Positions 63,378 to 64,000 of a stretch of 64,000 nucleotides of DNA are shown here, piece by piece. The DNA is from Chiloscyllium plagiosum (lineage: Eukaryota): the NCBI RefSeq assembly GCF_004010195.1, contig NC_057719.1, positions 14,382,364-14,446,363 of the forward strand. Reading direction: 5' to 3'. A program made the translations under genes and the position numbers. The notes below the pieces were generated by a model. That model was given only the letters and a program-made list of their open reading frames with translations, had not been told where the DNA came from and ran no database searches. Numbering within the stretch: the stretch's first letter is position 1; each line of letters starts with the position of its first letter.

Positions 63378-64000
63378 CAATAGACACAGTGACATTCTGA
63401 ACTCCCTATCCACACTGAGCAACGTCAATGCATCAGGCTATGTGTAACTTTGTCAGACTGGTTCTCTCACAACTAGGTTTGTGTGGGGCAAGCTCCAGCT
63501 CAGAGATAGTGTTTCAGTGCAGAAGGAAAGCCAGCATCCTCTGGCCAAGGAGGATGGCTTACATGTTGCTGTCTGGCCATGTGCTGCCTCAATGTCAGAT
63601 GGAACATGGCAAACAAATCACATGCTTAAAAACTGTGATAATGTGTGAAAGTCAAAGTGGACTTATTGGAGTTAGGTTGGGCTCCAATCAGTTGTGGTAC
63701 TTCCACAGTTAGTCCAGTGTTTGGGTTATTTCTAGTCTCAGGGCTTGGCTATGGTCAGTCAGGTGCCAAACCGGGAATCCACATCATTACAGTCTATGAG
63801 GTCGGGGCACAGTCAGATCCAGAATTTAAATGGAAGCAGCCAAGGCCTTCTTACAAGTCAGCCACCAGGATACTATTGTGAACTCAGTTTGGGGAATGGG
63901 CTGCAATTATTCAGAGCGGGGGGGGGGGGGGGGGATGGTGAAAGGTCAGTAGTGTCATACGAATCAAAAGGCATGAGGAGACATGTCAAACAGAGGGATA

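Noticed and set aside
63918..63934. Poly-G run as a functional G-quadruplex
   Set aside because: Simple homopolymer of unreliable length with no supporting context
1..64000. CRISPR arrays, operons, rRNA
   Set aside because: Vertebrate-type DNA; no regularly spaced repeat-spacer array or rRNA-like sequence seen

Overview
Eukaryotic, repeat-rich, almost entirely non-coding DNA. The repeat set (HE1-type V-SINEs, their partner CR1 LINEs, many Penelope-like termini) points to a cartilaginous fish, most likely a shark; this is an inference. No host gene can be named. There is one plausible 101-nt minus-strand exon (10180-10280), so the window may be mostly large introns. Nearly all ORFs in the supplied track are transposon fragments or antisense noise. 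Contents: many CR1 3' fragments; one internally deleted CR1 keeping its 5'UTR, ORF1 esterase and endonuclease start; a second CR1-group LINE family; an RTE remnant; two SINE families; Harbinger transposase remnants; a solo LTR with a 4-bp TSD; a decayed Gypsy element with the unusual Gmr1-type protease-integrase-RT order; an intron-containing tRNA-Arg-like pseudogene now reading TCA; and four families of Penelope-like termini. These termini carry minimal hammerhead-ribozyme motifs, often as TSD-flanked fold-backs, including a near-perfect 177-bp palindrome with one intact core on each strand. An assembly gap lies at 53171-53786. All calls come from reading the sequence by eye; repeat boundaries are approximate.
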